Positions 55,837 to 64,000 of a stretch of DNA of 64,000 nucleotides are shown in pieces. The stretch is taken from NCBI GenBank assembly GCA_034505495.1, contig JAPDQV010000001.1, positions 145,892 to 209,891 of the forward strand. The letters run 5' to 3'. Under the pieces are notes generated by a model, which did no database searches, was not told the origin of the DNA, and saw only the letters and a program-made list of their open reading frames with translations. The position numbers were made by a program, and so were the translations under genes. This DNA is from Candidatus Zhuqueibacterota bacterium. Its GTDB lineage: Bacteria; Zhuqueibacterota; Zhuqueibacteria; Residuimicrobiales; Krinioviventaceae. Position 1 is the first letter of the stretch, and every line of letters begins with the position of its first letter.

Positions 55837-56787
55837 TCAGACATGATTGCGCAGCATCAACTCGGCCGGATTGGGGGAAAGATAGTGTTGACGCGCAAGG
55901 TAAGGTTCCTTATATTTGCGTACCAAAAAAGTCAGCAGGGTGATCGGCACGATCAGCGGAATGAGGCCGCGGTGATATTCCTCGATCACTCTCAAAATCT
56001 GCTGTTTTTCTTCGCTGTCGAGTTGTTTTTTGAAATAACCGAGAATGTGCTGAAGCACGTTGACATTTTTCTTGACGGTGGCGTGCAGTTTGAGCGCCTG
56101 CATTAGTTTTTCGAAATAGATTCGAAAGAGCTCATCTTGCGCCAAGTTTTGCGGCGATGCCGCCAATTTTCCGAGTTCGCGCAGATGCTTTTCGCTGTGC
56201 GCCATAATAAGCAATTTGTGATCCGTATGGAACTCTACCAGCCCTTGGCGCGAGGGATTGGTATCCAAGAATTTGTACCAACGGTGCACGACAAAGACGC
56301 GCTCGAGAAAGTTTTCCCTAATCGCGGCGTCATTTAGACGGCCTTCGTCTTCAACCGGCAGGTTCGGAAAACGGCGCATGAGCGCGGCGGCGAACAATCC
56401 CGCTGTTTTGCCGATCGGCATACCGGCTTCGTTATAGACTTTAATGTCGCGCATGCCGGAACTTGGCGATTTGGATTTAAAAATGAATCCGCAGATGCGC
56501 TCTTTTTCCAAAAGATCGAGGCGCTTTTGCGTCCATTGCAGCATTCGTTCTGTGTGATCGATATGGGAACGATGGGTCACCAGGCGCGGTTCCTGTACGC
56601 TGCCGACCAGTCGCATCGATTCGCGCGGTATCGGCAGGCCGCATTCGACCTCGGGGCAAACAGGCACCCACTGCACAAAAGGACCGACCACCTCGACAAG
56701 ATATCGATCCCGTTTATGATCGCCGTCGTAGCGAACCTTTTCACCCAACAAACAGGTGCTGATTCCCAGCTTGATTTTTTCGCTCAT
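55837..56787 (-). CDS. DUF523 (TudS-like 2-thiouracil desulfidase family) fused to DUF1722
   Basis: N-terminal GISTCLLGEKVRYDG...CPEVECGLP cysteines typical of DUF523; C-terminal DUF1722-like helical region. Confidence 0.55.
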   Translation of the reverse strand: MSEKIKLGISTCLLGEKVRYDGDHKRDRYLVEVVGPFVQWVPVCPEVECGLPIPRESMRLVGSVQEPRLVTHRSHIDHTERMLQWTQKRLDLLEKERICGFIFKSKSPSSGMRDIKVYNEAGMPIGKTAGLFAAALMRRFPNLPVEDEGRLNDAAIRENFLERVFVVHRWYKFLDTNPSRQGLVEFHTDHKLLIMAHSEKHLRELGKLAASPQNLAQDELFRIYFEKLMQALKLHATVKKNVNVLQHILGYFKKQLDSEEKQQILRVIEEYHRGLIPLIVPITLLTFLVRKYKEPYLARQHYLSPNPAELMLRNHV

Positions 56788-56864
56788 AAGCTCGGCTCCA
56801 AAATTGACAAATTCATTTTAGTTAATATCGATTCGATTTGCAAGTCCAAATACTAGGGAAAACC

Positions 56865-57704
56865 ATGAAAAAGAAAATCGTTGTCTTTGCAGGATTCCTC
56901 AGCCTGATCATCGGCTGCGCGCAGATGAGGCAGCTGGTGGTTCCTCCGTCGGTAAAAGTAGAAACGGTTTCTCTTCGCGATGTCTCTTTTGAGGATGTTA
57001 AATTGGATTTCTCGCTGCTGGTACAGAATCCCAATTCCTTCGGGGCATCCTTGGAAGGCTATCGATTCAGTTTTGCAATACTCGATCATGAAATCCTGAA
57101 TGGGGAAGAGGCCCAACGCCTGGATCTTGGTCCTCGATCCGTCGGTACGTTGACGATTCCGGTCACGGTGAATTTCAAACAGCTTTACAAGCTGTTTTCC
57201 GAAACCGCCTCTTTAGATTCTCTTGCTTTTGCTCTGCGGGGAGAATTTCGACCGGCAGGCCTGCTTTCCGGGTTTTCCATACCCTTTCAGTACAGTGGCC
57301 GTCTTCCGAATATTCGTGTTCCGGAGATTCGCCTAAGCGGTCTCACCGTCGATCGATTCTCGTTTACGGGTGTGGATCTCAAAATCGGATTATTACTCAA
57401 AAACCCGAATGCTTTCCCCTTCGAAATCGGCAAATTGAACTATGACATTGCTTTGGCCGGAAATGCGGTCGCAAAGGGAGCGGTGGAAAAGCTTGTGTCG
57501 GCGCCTGCCAAACAGACCGCTGAATTTCAACTGCCGCTGTCCATCAATTTTGCCGGTGCGGGCAGCGGTTTGCGCTCGCTGCGCTCGCTGCTCCAAGGGG
57601 ATGAAATATCCTGCTCCCTTGACGGCAACATTGAACTGGGGACGCCTTGGGGCAGCATACCTTTACCGCTTCGGGCCGATCAAACCGTGTCGATTATTAA
57701 ATAG
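56865..57704 (+). CDS. LEA type 2 (LEA14/WHy) family lipoprotein, two tandem domains
   Basis: Lipoprotein signal FLSLIIGCAQ; two repeats of the LEA_2 pattern (V.L.....V.f..l.l...v.NPN.f...l.g..y.....g..la.g). Confidence 0.65.
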   Translation: MKKKIVVFAGFLSLIIGCAQMRQLVVPPSVKVETVSLRDVSFEDVKLDFSLLVQNPNSFGASLEGYRFSFAILDHEILNGEEAQRLDLGPRSVGTLTIPVTVNFKQLYKLFSETASLDSLAFALRGEFRPAGLLSGFSIPFQYSGRLPNIRVPEIRLSGLTVDRFSFTGVDLKIGLLLKNPNAFPFEIGKLNYDIALAGNAVAKGAVEKLVSAPAKQTAEFQLPLSINFAGAGSGLRSLRSLLQGDEISCSLDGNIELGTPWGSIPLPLRADQTVSIIK

Positions 57705-57823
57705 CGCGCAAGTCCAATCGACTGCTCAAAAAGTGCAGCGCAGTAAAACGCAACGCGGACAATGTCTTATCTCCCAACGTTGTTTTAAGAGATGGAATTT
57801 TGCCAACATATGGGAGTTTGAAA

Positions 57824-59461
57824 ATGGAATGGAAACAACAGATCGGGCGGATCCTGAATACACCAAAGGTACTTTGTAACCCTTCGCGGAAAAAGCTGAT
57901 CCAAGACGCTGTAGAACAAAAACGATGCATCGTTCTGCAAACCGGAACGTTGGCAACTTGGACACCGCCGCATTCAACCGGAAGGAGCCCCAAAGACACC
58001 TATATCGTTCGTCGCCCGGAAAGCGAGGCGTTCATCGACTGGAGTTCGCCGAACTGCATTCCGATGGCTCCCGATACCTTCGACATGCTTCTTGTCGATT
58101 GCCTGAATCTTTTTGGACGGAAACCGCAAATCTACGCTCTCGAACGCGTCGTCGGCGCCGATTCTGCGTATGCCATGCCCATTTTAACGATTACCGACAA
58201 TCCGCTCAGCGCATTGTTCATCGACAACATGTTTCGGCCGGTGCCGCCGGACATCGAACGCAGCATTTTTGCCGAGAGAGGCTTTACACTGTTGAGCCTG
58301 CCGAATGATCTGATTGAAGAGCAAAAATATCAGGGCCGCCTTCGACGCCTGGCCGACGGTTCCACCAGCCGCCTCGTTGTCGCCATGGATTTTGATCGGC
58401 GCCTCGGCATTGTTTTCGGCTCGGCTTATATGGGTTCCATGAAGAAACTGATATTTACGGTCATGAACTACTATCTCCCGGCTGAGGGAATTCTGCCGCT
58501 GCATTGTTCCGCCAATGAAGGCCGCGACGGGCGCAGCGCCCTCCTTTTGGGTCTTTCCGGCACCGGCAAAACCACGCTTTCCGCCGATCCGGAACGGGCT
58601 CTGCTGGGCGACGATGAACACGGTTGGAGCGACAGCGGGATTGCCAATTTTGAGTACGGCTGCTATGCCAAATTGATCAACCTCAATCCCCAAAAAGAGC
58701 CGGATATCTTTAAAGCAACCTTTCATCCGGCGCATTACCTCGAGCACGGCGCCATTGTCGAAAATCTGATGGTTTACCCCGACGGCTCCTTCGATCTTGA
58801 CGACAGCCGGTTTACGGAAAACTCCCGTGCCTCCTATCCGCTTTCTTTTAATTCCAACGTTAAACCCTCGGCCTGTTCCGGTCACCCGAGCGCCATTCTC
58901 TTTCTTGCCGCCGATGCGTACGGCGTGCTGCCGCCGATTGCCAAACTGACTCCGGAACAGGCGATGTTTTGGTTTATGATGGGCTACACCTCTAAACTGG
59001 CCGGAACCGAAACCGGCATCACCGAGCCGGAGGCGACCTTTTCCCGTTTTTTCGGCGCGCCTTTTATGCCTAGGAATCCTTCCGATTATACGGATCTTTT
59101 AGGGAAAAAGCTGCAGAAGCATCAAGTGCCGGTCTATTTAGTAAACACCGGTTGGAGCGGCGGTCCTTACGGTATCGGGAAACGTATGGACATCACTCTG
59201 ACGCGGGCCATGGTACGCGCCGCCGTGGAGGGCACTCTTCAGGAAGTTCCTTGCGAACCTGATCCTATTTTCAAAGTACTGGTGCCGAAAAGCTGCCCCG
59301 GAGTTCCTGCCGAAGTTCTTGTGCCCGTCAATACCTGGGCGGATCGTAACTCTTTTACCGATCATGCCAAGCGTTTGGCGGAAAAGTTCAAAGCTCACTT
59401 TGACAAAAATTTTCACGGTAAAGTCAGTCAATCTGTGGCTGCCCAATGTCCGGAGCATTGA
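57824..59461 (+). CDS. pckA: phosphoenolpyruvate carboxykinase (ATP)
   Basis: GRSPKDTYIV, kinase-1a GLSGTGKTTLS, conserved throughout; GGGAG SD upstream of ATG (alternative TTG start at 57800). Confidence 0.9.
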   Translation: MEWKQQIGRILNTPKVLCNPSRKKLIQDAVEQKRCIVLQTGTLATWTPPHSTGRSPKDTYIVRRPESEAFIDWSSPNCIPMAPDTFDMLLVDCLNLFGRKPQIYALERVVGADSAYAMPILTITDNPLSALFIDNMFRPVPPDIERSIFAERGFTLLSLPNDLIEEQKYQGRLRRLADGSTSRLVVAMDFDRRLGIVFGSAYMGSMKKLIFTVMNYYLPAEGILPLHCSANEGRDGRSALLLGLSGTGKTTLSADPERALLGDDEHGWSDSGIANFEYGCYAKLINLNPQKEPDIFKATFHPAHYLEHGAIVENLMVYPDGSFDLDDSRFTENSRASYPLSFNSNVKPSACSGHPSAILFLAADAYGVLPPIAKLTPEQAMFWFMMGYTSKLAGTETGITEPEATFSRFFGAPFMPRNPSDYTDLLGKKLQKHQVPVYLVNTGWSGGPYGIGKRMDITLTRAMVRAAVEGTLQEVPCEPDPIFKVLVPKSCPGVPAEVLVPVNTWADRNSFTDHAKRLAEKFKAHFDKNFHGKVSQSVAAQCPEH

Positions 59462-59495
59462 CCATTCTTTGTTTTGCGACTATAAGGTATAAAGC

Positions 59496-59978
59496 TTGAA
59501 GATACATCAAGACGACCGCCTGCTTATTGAAAGAATCATCGCCAAGGCGCTGGTGTGCCGCGTGGCGGCTTCTGTTGATGATCGACCGTATCTGGTGCCC
59601 CTTTCGTTCGGCTATGACGGCAAGGCTTTCTATTTTCATACTGCGCCTGCCGGCAAAAAGATCGACTATTGGCGCGGTAATCCGCGGATCTGCTTTGAAC
59701 TGGAAGGGGACGTTCAGATCAAGGAAGCCGATAAAGCGTGCGAATGGACCATGCTTTATGAAAGCGTCATCGGTTACGGCGTGATCAGCGAGATTACTGA
59801 TCCGCTTGAGAAAGAGGCGGCTCTTAAGGAAATAATGCGCCATTATTCGGAAAAATCGGAATGGCAATTCGAGGCGGCGCAAACGGCCAAAGCGCGCCTC
59901 TGGAAACTAACGGTCGAAAAGATGACCGCCAAGAGCAATCGGATCATTTCTCATGCAGTCGGCTCCTCCGTTTCTTGA
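59496..59978 (+). CDS. pyridoxamine 5'-phosphate oxidase family FMN-binding protein
   Basis: Split-barrel PNPOx-like pattern (VCRVAASVDDRPYLVPLSFGYDGKAFYFHTA). Confidence 0.75.
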   Translation: MKIHQDDRLLIERIIAKALVCRVAASVDDRPYLVPLSFGYDGKAFYFHTAPAGKKIDYWRGNPRICFELEGDVQIKEADKACEWTMLYESVIGYGVISEITDPLEKEAALKEIMRHYSEKSEWQFEAAQTAKARLWKLTVEKMTAKSNRIISHAVGSSVS

Positions 59979-60690
59979 AATCTGCATCAATGAAGACGAG
60001 CATCTTCTTCAATCCGTTGAAGCGGCCTGCCAAGGCGGCGCCGACCGAATCGAGCTGTGCAGCAGAATGGACCTCGACGGCTTGACACCCTCCTTAAAGG
60101 CAGTCAGATCTGCAGCCGCCGTCTGCAAAGATCGGGCAGCGCTTATGGTCATGATTCGGCTGAGAGCGGGGGATTTTTTCTATACCTGCTTGGAAACTGC
60201 ACAAATGATCCGGCAAATCGAGGCGGCAGCCGAAGCCGGCGCCGACGGCGTGGTGTTCGGCGCAGTGAAGGAAGGGCAGATTGATCTTTCCACCCTGAGA
60301 CAATTGACGCGTGCCGCGCACTCTTGCGGTCTCGCCGTTACTTTCCACCGCGCGTTCGATGCCCTGCATCATCCGCTGCAGGAACTGCAGATTCTCTCGG
60401 CTTTGGGAGTGAAGCGGATACTGACGGCTGCTGAACCCTGGGGAGCCTCTGCGGAATGGACGGAGAGATGCAGCAATTGGCATGATTTGCTGGAAAAGGC
60501 GGACGGCGTGGAAGTCATTTTGGCAGGTGGTCTTACACCAAGGCTTGCCGCGGCGGCATTGAGGTCATTGCCTTATCGCGGGCGAATCGTATCCGTGCAT
60601 GCCTATTCGGCAGCCCTGCGCGACGGAATTACAGATAGAGAAAAAGTGGGCGAATTTTTCGAGGCGCTGCAGGCTTTCCGCTCTTTATAG
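59953..60690 (+). CDS. cutC: copper homeostasis protein CutC family
   Basis: LEICINEDE...[11 protein letters not shown]-terminal motif; TIM-barrel length. Confidence 0.8.
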   Translation: MQSAPPFLEICINEDEHLLQSVEAACQGGADRIELCSRMDLDGLTPSLKAVRSAAAVCKDRAALMVMIRLRAGDFFYTCLETAQMIRQIEAAAEAGADGVVFGAVKEGQIDLSTLRQLTRAAHSCGLAVTFHRAFDALHHPLQELQILSALGVKRILTAAEPWGASAEWTERCSNWHDLLEKADGVEVILAGGLTPRLAAAALRSLPYRGRIVSVHAYSAALRDGITDREKVGEFFEALQAFRSL

Positions 60691-60843
60691 CGGGTCGAAC
60701 TGATCCTTGCCGACATAGCAAACCGGACAAATCCAATCCTCCGGCAGATCTTCAAAAGCCGTACCCGGTGGGACTCCGTTTTCCGGGTCTCCTTGCGCCG
60801 GATCATAGACATAGCCGCAATTGGTGCAGATAAATTTTTCCAC
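60685..60843 (-). CDS. rubredoxin
   Basis: Not in ORF track (52 aa, GTG start with GGAG 7 nt upstream): (M)[51 protein letters not shown] with both CxxC pairs; 27 nt downstream of metH; stop overlaps cutC stop (convergent). Confidence 0.7.
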   Translation of the reverse strand: MEKFICTNCGYVYDPAQGDPENGVPPGTAFEDLPEDWICPVCYVGKDQFDPL

Positions 60844-60869
60844 AGCTTCTCCGTCCTTATTATCCGCTT

Positions 60870-63800
60870 TTATTCCAACGAAAAATATTTTGCCTGCGGA
60901 TGATGCACAATGAAAGCGCTGGTCGTTTGTTCCGGTATCATTTGGTCTTCCGCGGTTAGCTGAACGCCGATGCGTTCCGGAGCCAGCAGTTTGGCGATTT
61001 GGCGATTACCATAAAGATCGGGACACGCCGGATAGCCGAAGCTGTAGCGTGAACCGCGATACTTTTGCACCACCAGCTCTTCCATGGTCGTCCCGTCTTC
61101 CGAAGCAATGTTCAGTTCCAAGCGTATCTGTTTGTGCCAATACTCGGCCAGAGCCTCCGCACTTTCCACCGAAAGACCATGAAAGAGCAGATAATCCTTA
61201 TAGGCATTGTTTTCATAGAGGCGTTGGGCATATTCCGAGGCGCGGCTGCCGACGGTCGCAATCTGCATCGGCATGATGTCGCGGCGCCCGCTTTCTATCG
61301 GAAGAAAAAAGTCGGCGATGGATCGATACGGCGGCTTTTTCTGCCTTGGAAAGTGGAAGCGCAGCAATTCGATGTCGGTTTCCGGATCAAAGATGATCAC
61401 GTCATCGCCTTGGCGATTGCAGGGGAAATAACCATAGACCACCTTCGGCTCCAGGAGTTTTTCTGCGATGCATTTTTCCTTCAGCATTTCGAATTGGGGC
61501 CGGACCTCTTGTTCGATGAGTCGTTCATACTCTTCACGGCTTAAAGTGCCTCGTCGGTAACCCCAACGCCCGCGGAAAAGAACCGGTTCAGTCAGGAAGG
61601 AAAATACAGTCTTTAAATCGATATCCTCGACGACCCGGCTGCCCCAAAACGGCGGTACAGGGATGTCGTGATCGAAGAAAAGAGGCTCCGGTTTCTGCAC
61701 CAAGGGCCTGCTTTCGGATCTTTTCTCTTTTTTGTTTCCGCCACCGGACAAAGACGAAAGCTTGCCCTCCTTCAGCAGATTCATCACTTTGAGGCCTTCA
61801 AAGGCGTCTTCACAGTAAACCACCGGTGCATCGAGAATGGGCGCACAGACTTGATCGACGTAACTGCGCGTCAAGGCAGCGCCTCCGAGCAAAACCGGAA
61901 TTTTGTAGCCGCGCTGCCGCATTACTTCCAAATTTTCCTTCATGACAATCGTCGACTTGACCAGTAGCCCACTCATGCCGATGGCGTCGGCGCCGACTTC
62001 ATCCGCCTTTTGCAGCATGGTGTCGATCTCGCATTTAATGCCGAGATTGTAAACCTTGAAGCCGTTGTTGCTCAGGATAATGTCCACCAAATTTTTACCG
62101 ATGTCGTGCACGTCGCCGCGAACGGTAGCCAAGACCAGGCTGGTGCGCGTCTGTACCTCGCTTTTTTCCATAAACGGCTCGAGAATGCCGACCGCATGCT
62201 TCATCGCTTCGGCGGATTGGAGAACAAACGGAAGCTGCATTTTTCCGGCGCCGAACAGGTCGCCGACGGTCTTCATGGCCGGAATCAGCCACCGGTTGAT
62301 AATGTCGACGGCGCGATGCTCTTCAAGCGCCGCCTTTAACAGCTCGTCCAATCCCGAACGGTTGCCTTGAATGATTCGTTGTTTGACTTTTTCCTCCAAA
62401 GAGAGGGGCTCTTCGACCGCAGCATCTCCGCCTCGACCGGTCCTTTTTTCGAAATGACGAATAAAGTCAAGTAGAGGAGTTTCACCCCGATTGTAGATCA
62501 AATCAAGGCAGATCCGGATATCCTCCGTATCGATTTGGTACAAGGGAATGATCTTTTTGACGTTGACGATGGCGGCATCCAATCCTGCCTTGACCGCTTC
62601 GGCAAGAAAGACAGAGTTGAGCACCTCGCGCGATTCCGGATTTAGTCCGAAAGAGATATTGGAAACGCCGAGCAGGGTAAAGACTCCGGGCAGCTCCTGC
62701 TTGATCCGGCGAATGCCTTCGAGGGTTTGGATCGCGGCGTCGCGCAGTGTTTCATCGCCGCTGCCGAGGGTAAAAGTGAGGGGATCAAAGATCAAATCGT
62801 TAGGTCGAAGGCCGTTTTGCCGCACGGCAATGTCGTAAAGCCGCCTTGCGACGGCGATTTTTTGCTCGACAGTTTTCGCCATGCCGCTCTCGTCGATGGT
62901 AAGGGCAACGAGAGCCGCGCCGTAGCGCTTGGCCAACCGGCAGATGCGGTGAGCCCGCTCTTCGCCGTCCTCAAGATTGATGGAATTAATGACCGGTCTG
63001 CCGCCGATCAGCTTGAGTGCTGCCTCGATGACCTTGACATCGGTCGAGTCGATGAAAATCGGCAGGTTGACTTGGGTGACGATGCGGCTGACGGCTCGAG
63101 TCATATCGGCGACTTCATCGCGTCCCGTATAAGCGACGCATAGATCGAGGCCGTGTGCGCCGGTGCGTTCTTGGTCGCGCGAAATTTCGACAATGGCGTC
63201 CCAATCTTCCGCCAGGAGGCGTTCCCTAAACTGCTTCGAACCGTTGGTGTTGGAACGCTCGCCGACAAAAAAGGGCGGCGGATCCTGGCGCAGTTCCTGG
63301 GCCGTAAACAACGATGCCAAAGCGGGTCTAAAAGTCGGTTGCCGTTCTGCCGCCGTAAGATATGGTAAACGTTCGGCCATTGCGCGAATAAAATCCGGCG
63401 TTGTCCCGCAGCATCCGCCGACAATTCTAACGCCGTACTCTTGAATAAAGCTGGAAAGCACCGTAACATATTCTTCGACCGACAGGGTATAAACCAGATG
63501 ACCGTCGACCATTTGCGGCATGCCGGCGTTAGGCTGTACCATCACGACGCCGGGGAAAGCCTCGCAGATTTGCTTTACAAACGGGCGCATCGCTTCGGGG
63601 CCGGTGGCGCAGTTCATGCCGAAAATTTCGAGTTCATACGGCGCCAAAGCGGCGAGAGCCGCGCTGACATCGCTGCCGACGAGCATGGTGCCGGTCGTTT
63701 CCACGGTAATGGTCACGGCGCGCGGCAAATGCACTCCCGCGCGCCGCATCTCGTCCTGCACCGCTGTCAACGCTGCCTTGATCTGCAGCAAATCCTGGCA

Positions 63801-64000
63801 GGTTTCAATGACGAACAAGTCGACCCCGCCTTGAATCAAACCGCGGGCTTGCGCCGCATAGGACTCGTACAGAGTGTCGAAATCGATCTGACCGAGGCTG
63901 GGAAGCTTTGTTCCCGGACCGATAGAGCCTGCGACAAAGCGGGGTTTGGAGTCGGAAAAACGATCGGCGGCTTGCCTGGCGATTTCGGCGGCGGCGCGAT
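60870..64000 (-). CDS. metH: cobalamin-dependent methionine synthase (5' end outside window)
   Basis: Frame stays open to window edge (…[41 protein letters not shown]…); pterin-binding, B12-binding and AdoMet-activation domains present. Confidence 0.9.
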   Translation of the reverse strand, partial: RAAAEIARQAADRFSDSKPRFVAGSIGPGTKLPSLGQIDFDTLYESYAAQARGLIQGGVDLFVIETCQDLLQIKAALTAVQDEMRRAGVHLPRAVTITVETTGTMLVGSDVSAALAALAPYELEIFGMNCATGPEAMRPFVKQICEAFPGVVMVQPNAGMPQMVDGHLVYTLSVEEYVTVLSSFIQEYGVRIVGGCCGTTPDFIRAMAERLPYLTAAERQPTFRPALASLFTAQELRQDPPPFFVGERSNTNGSKQFRERLLAEDWDAIVEISRDQERTGAHGLDLCVAYTGRDEVADMTRAVSRIVTQVNLPIFIDSTDVKVIEAALKLIGGRPVINSINLEDGEERAHRICRLAKRYGAALVALTIDESGMAKTVEQKIAVARRLYDIAVRQNGLRPNDLIFDPLTFTLGSGDETLRDAAIQTLEGIRRIKQELPGVFTLLGVSNISFGLNPESREVLNSVFLAEAVKAGLDAAIVNVKKIIPLYQIDTEDIRICLDLIYNRGETPLLDFIRHFEKRTGRGGDAAVEEPLSLEEKVKQRIIQGNRSGLDELLKAALEEHRAVDIINRWLIPAMKTVGDLFGAGKMQLPFVLQSAEAMKHAVGILEPFMEKSEVQTRTSLVLATVRGDVHDIGKNLVDIILSNNGFKVYNLGIKCEIDTMLQKADEVGADAIGMSGLLVKSTIVMKENLEVMRQRGYKIPVLLGGAALTRSYVDQVCAPILDAPVVYCEDAFEGLKVMNLLKEGKLSSLSGGGNKKEKRSESRPLVQKPEPLFFDHDIPVPPFWGSRVVEDIDLKTVFSFLTEPVLFRGRWGYRRGTLSREEYERLIEQEVRPQFEMLKEKCIAEKLLEPKVVYGYFPCNRQGDDVIIFDPETDIELLRFHFPRQKKPPYRSIADFFLPIESGRRDIMPMQIATVGSRASEYAQRLYENNAYKDYLLFHGLSVESAEALAEYWHKQIRLELNIASEDGTTMEELVVQKYRGSRYSFGYPACPDLYGNRQIAKLLAPERIGVQLTAEDQMIPEQTTSAFIVHHPQAKYFSLE

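Noticed and set aside
1-64000. Search for tRNA/rRNA, CRISPR repeats and IS/transposase genes
   Set aside because: No cloverleaf-compatible GTTCRANYC T-loop segments in intergenic regions, no regularly spaced direct repeats, and no transposase/integrase-like ORFs were seen. The window appears to be core chromosome.

Overview
This is a high-GC bacterial chromosomal window, about 64 kb, densely coding on both strands, with many 4-nt stop/start overlaps. Several proteins carry T9SS-type or FlgD-Ig-type C-terminal sorting domains, which hints at an FCB-group or related environmental lineage; that is inference only. I found no rRNA, tRNA, CRISPR array or obvious IS/transposon.

Housekeeping content:
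- An Rrf2-regulated suf Fe-S cluster assembly operon (sufB-sufC-sufD-sufT-Rieske-sufS-sufU).
- Central metabolism and cofactor genes: pckA, deoC, a phosphohexomutase, manC-like, trxA, ptsN, pdxJ, acpS, nnr and cutC.
- A B12-dependent methionine synthase that runs off the 3' edge of the window.
- A ClC chloride channel, an ECF sigma factor, a Ser/Thr kinase with a sigma-54 activator, and a periplasmic PPIase.
- An S9 peptidase, an AmiC-type amidase and a LEA_2 lipoprotein.

Two loci stand out:
1. nt 1-12930 is a likely envelope operon: a YdbH/AsmA-like giant protein, a YnbE-like lipoprotein fused to a YdbL-like (DUF1318) domain, a 2720-aa secreted PD40 propeller/TPR/CHAT protein, and an amidase. 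The giant protein has two caspase-like CHAT domains; the second has lost the catalytic His and Cys.
2. nt 24760-29986 is a tightly coupled three-gene cassette on the minus strand: an EndoQ-like PHP nuclease fused to a UvrD helicase, a ParB-like nuclease-domain protein, and a spore-photoproduct-lyase-family radical SAM enzyme. This looks like an undescribed DNA lesion-processing or DNA-targeting module.

I also found an unannotated rubredoxin ORF, a frameshifted SnoaL-like gene, a strongly SD-preceded 58-codon ORF next to a bidirectional terminator, and a divergent GroES-like gene with a polyproline insertion.

ORF coordinates follow the supplied six-frame track. Coordinates I derived by hand for small features may be off by 1-2 nt.
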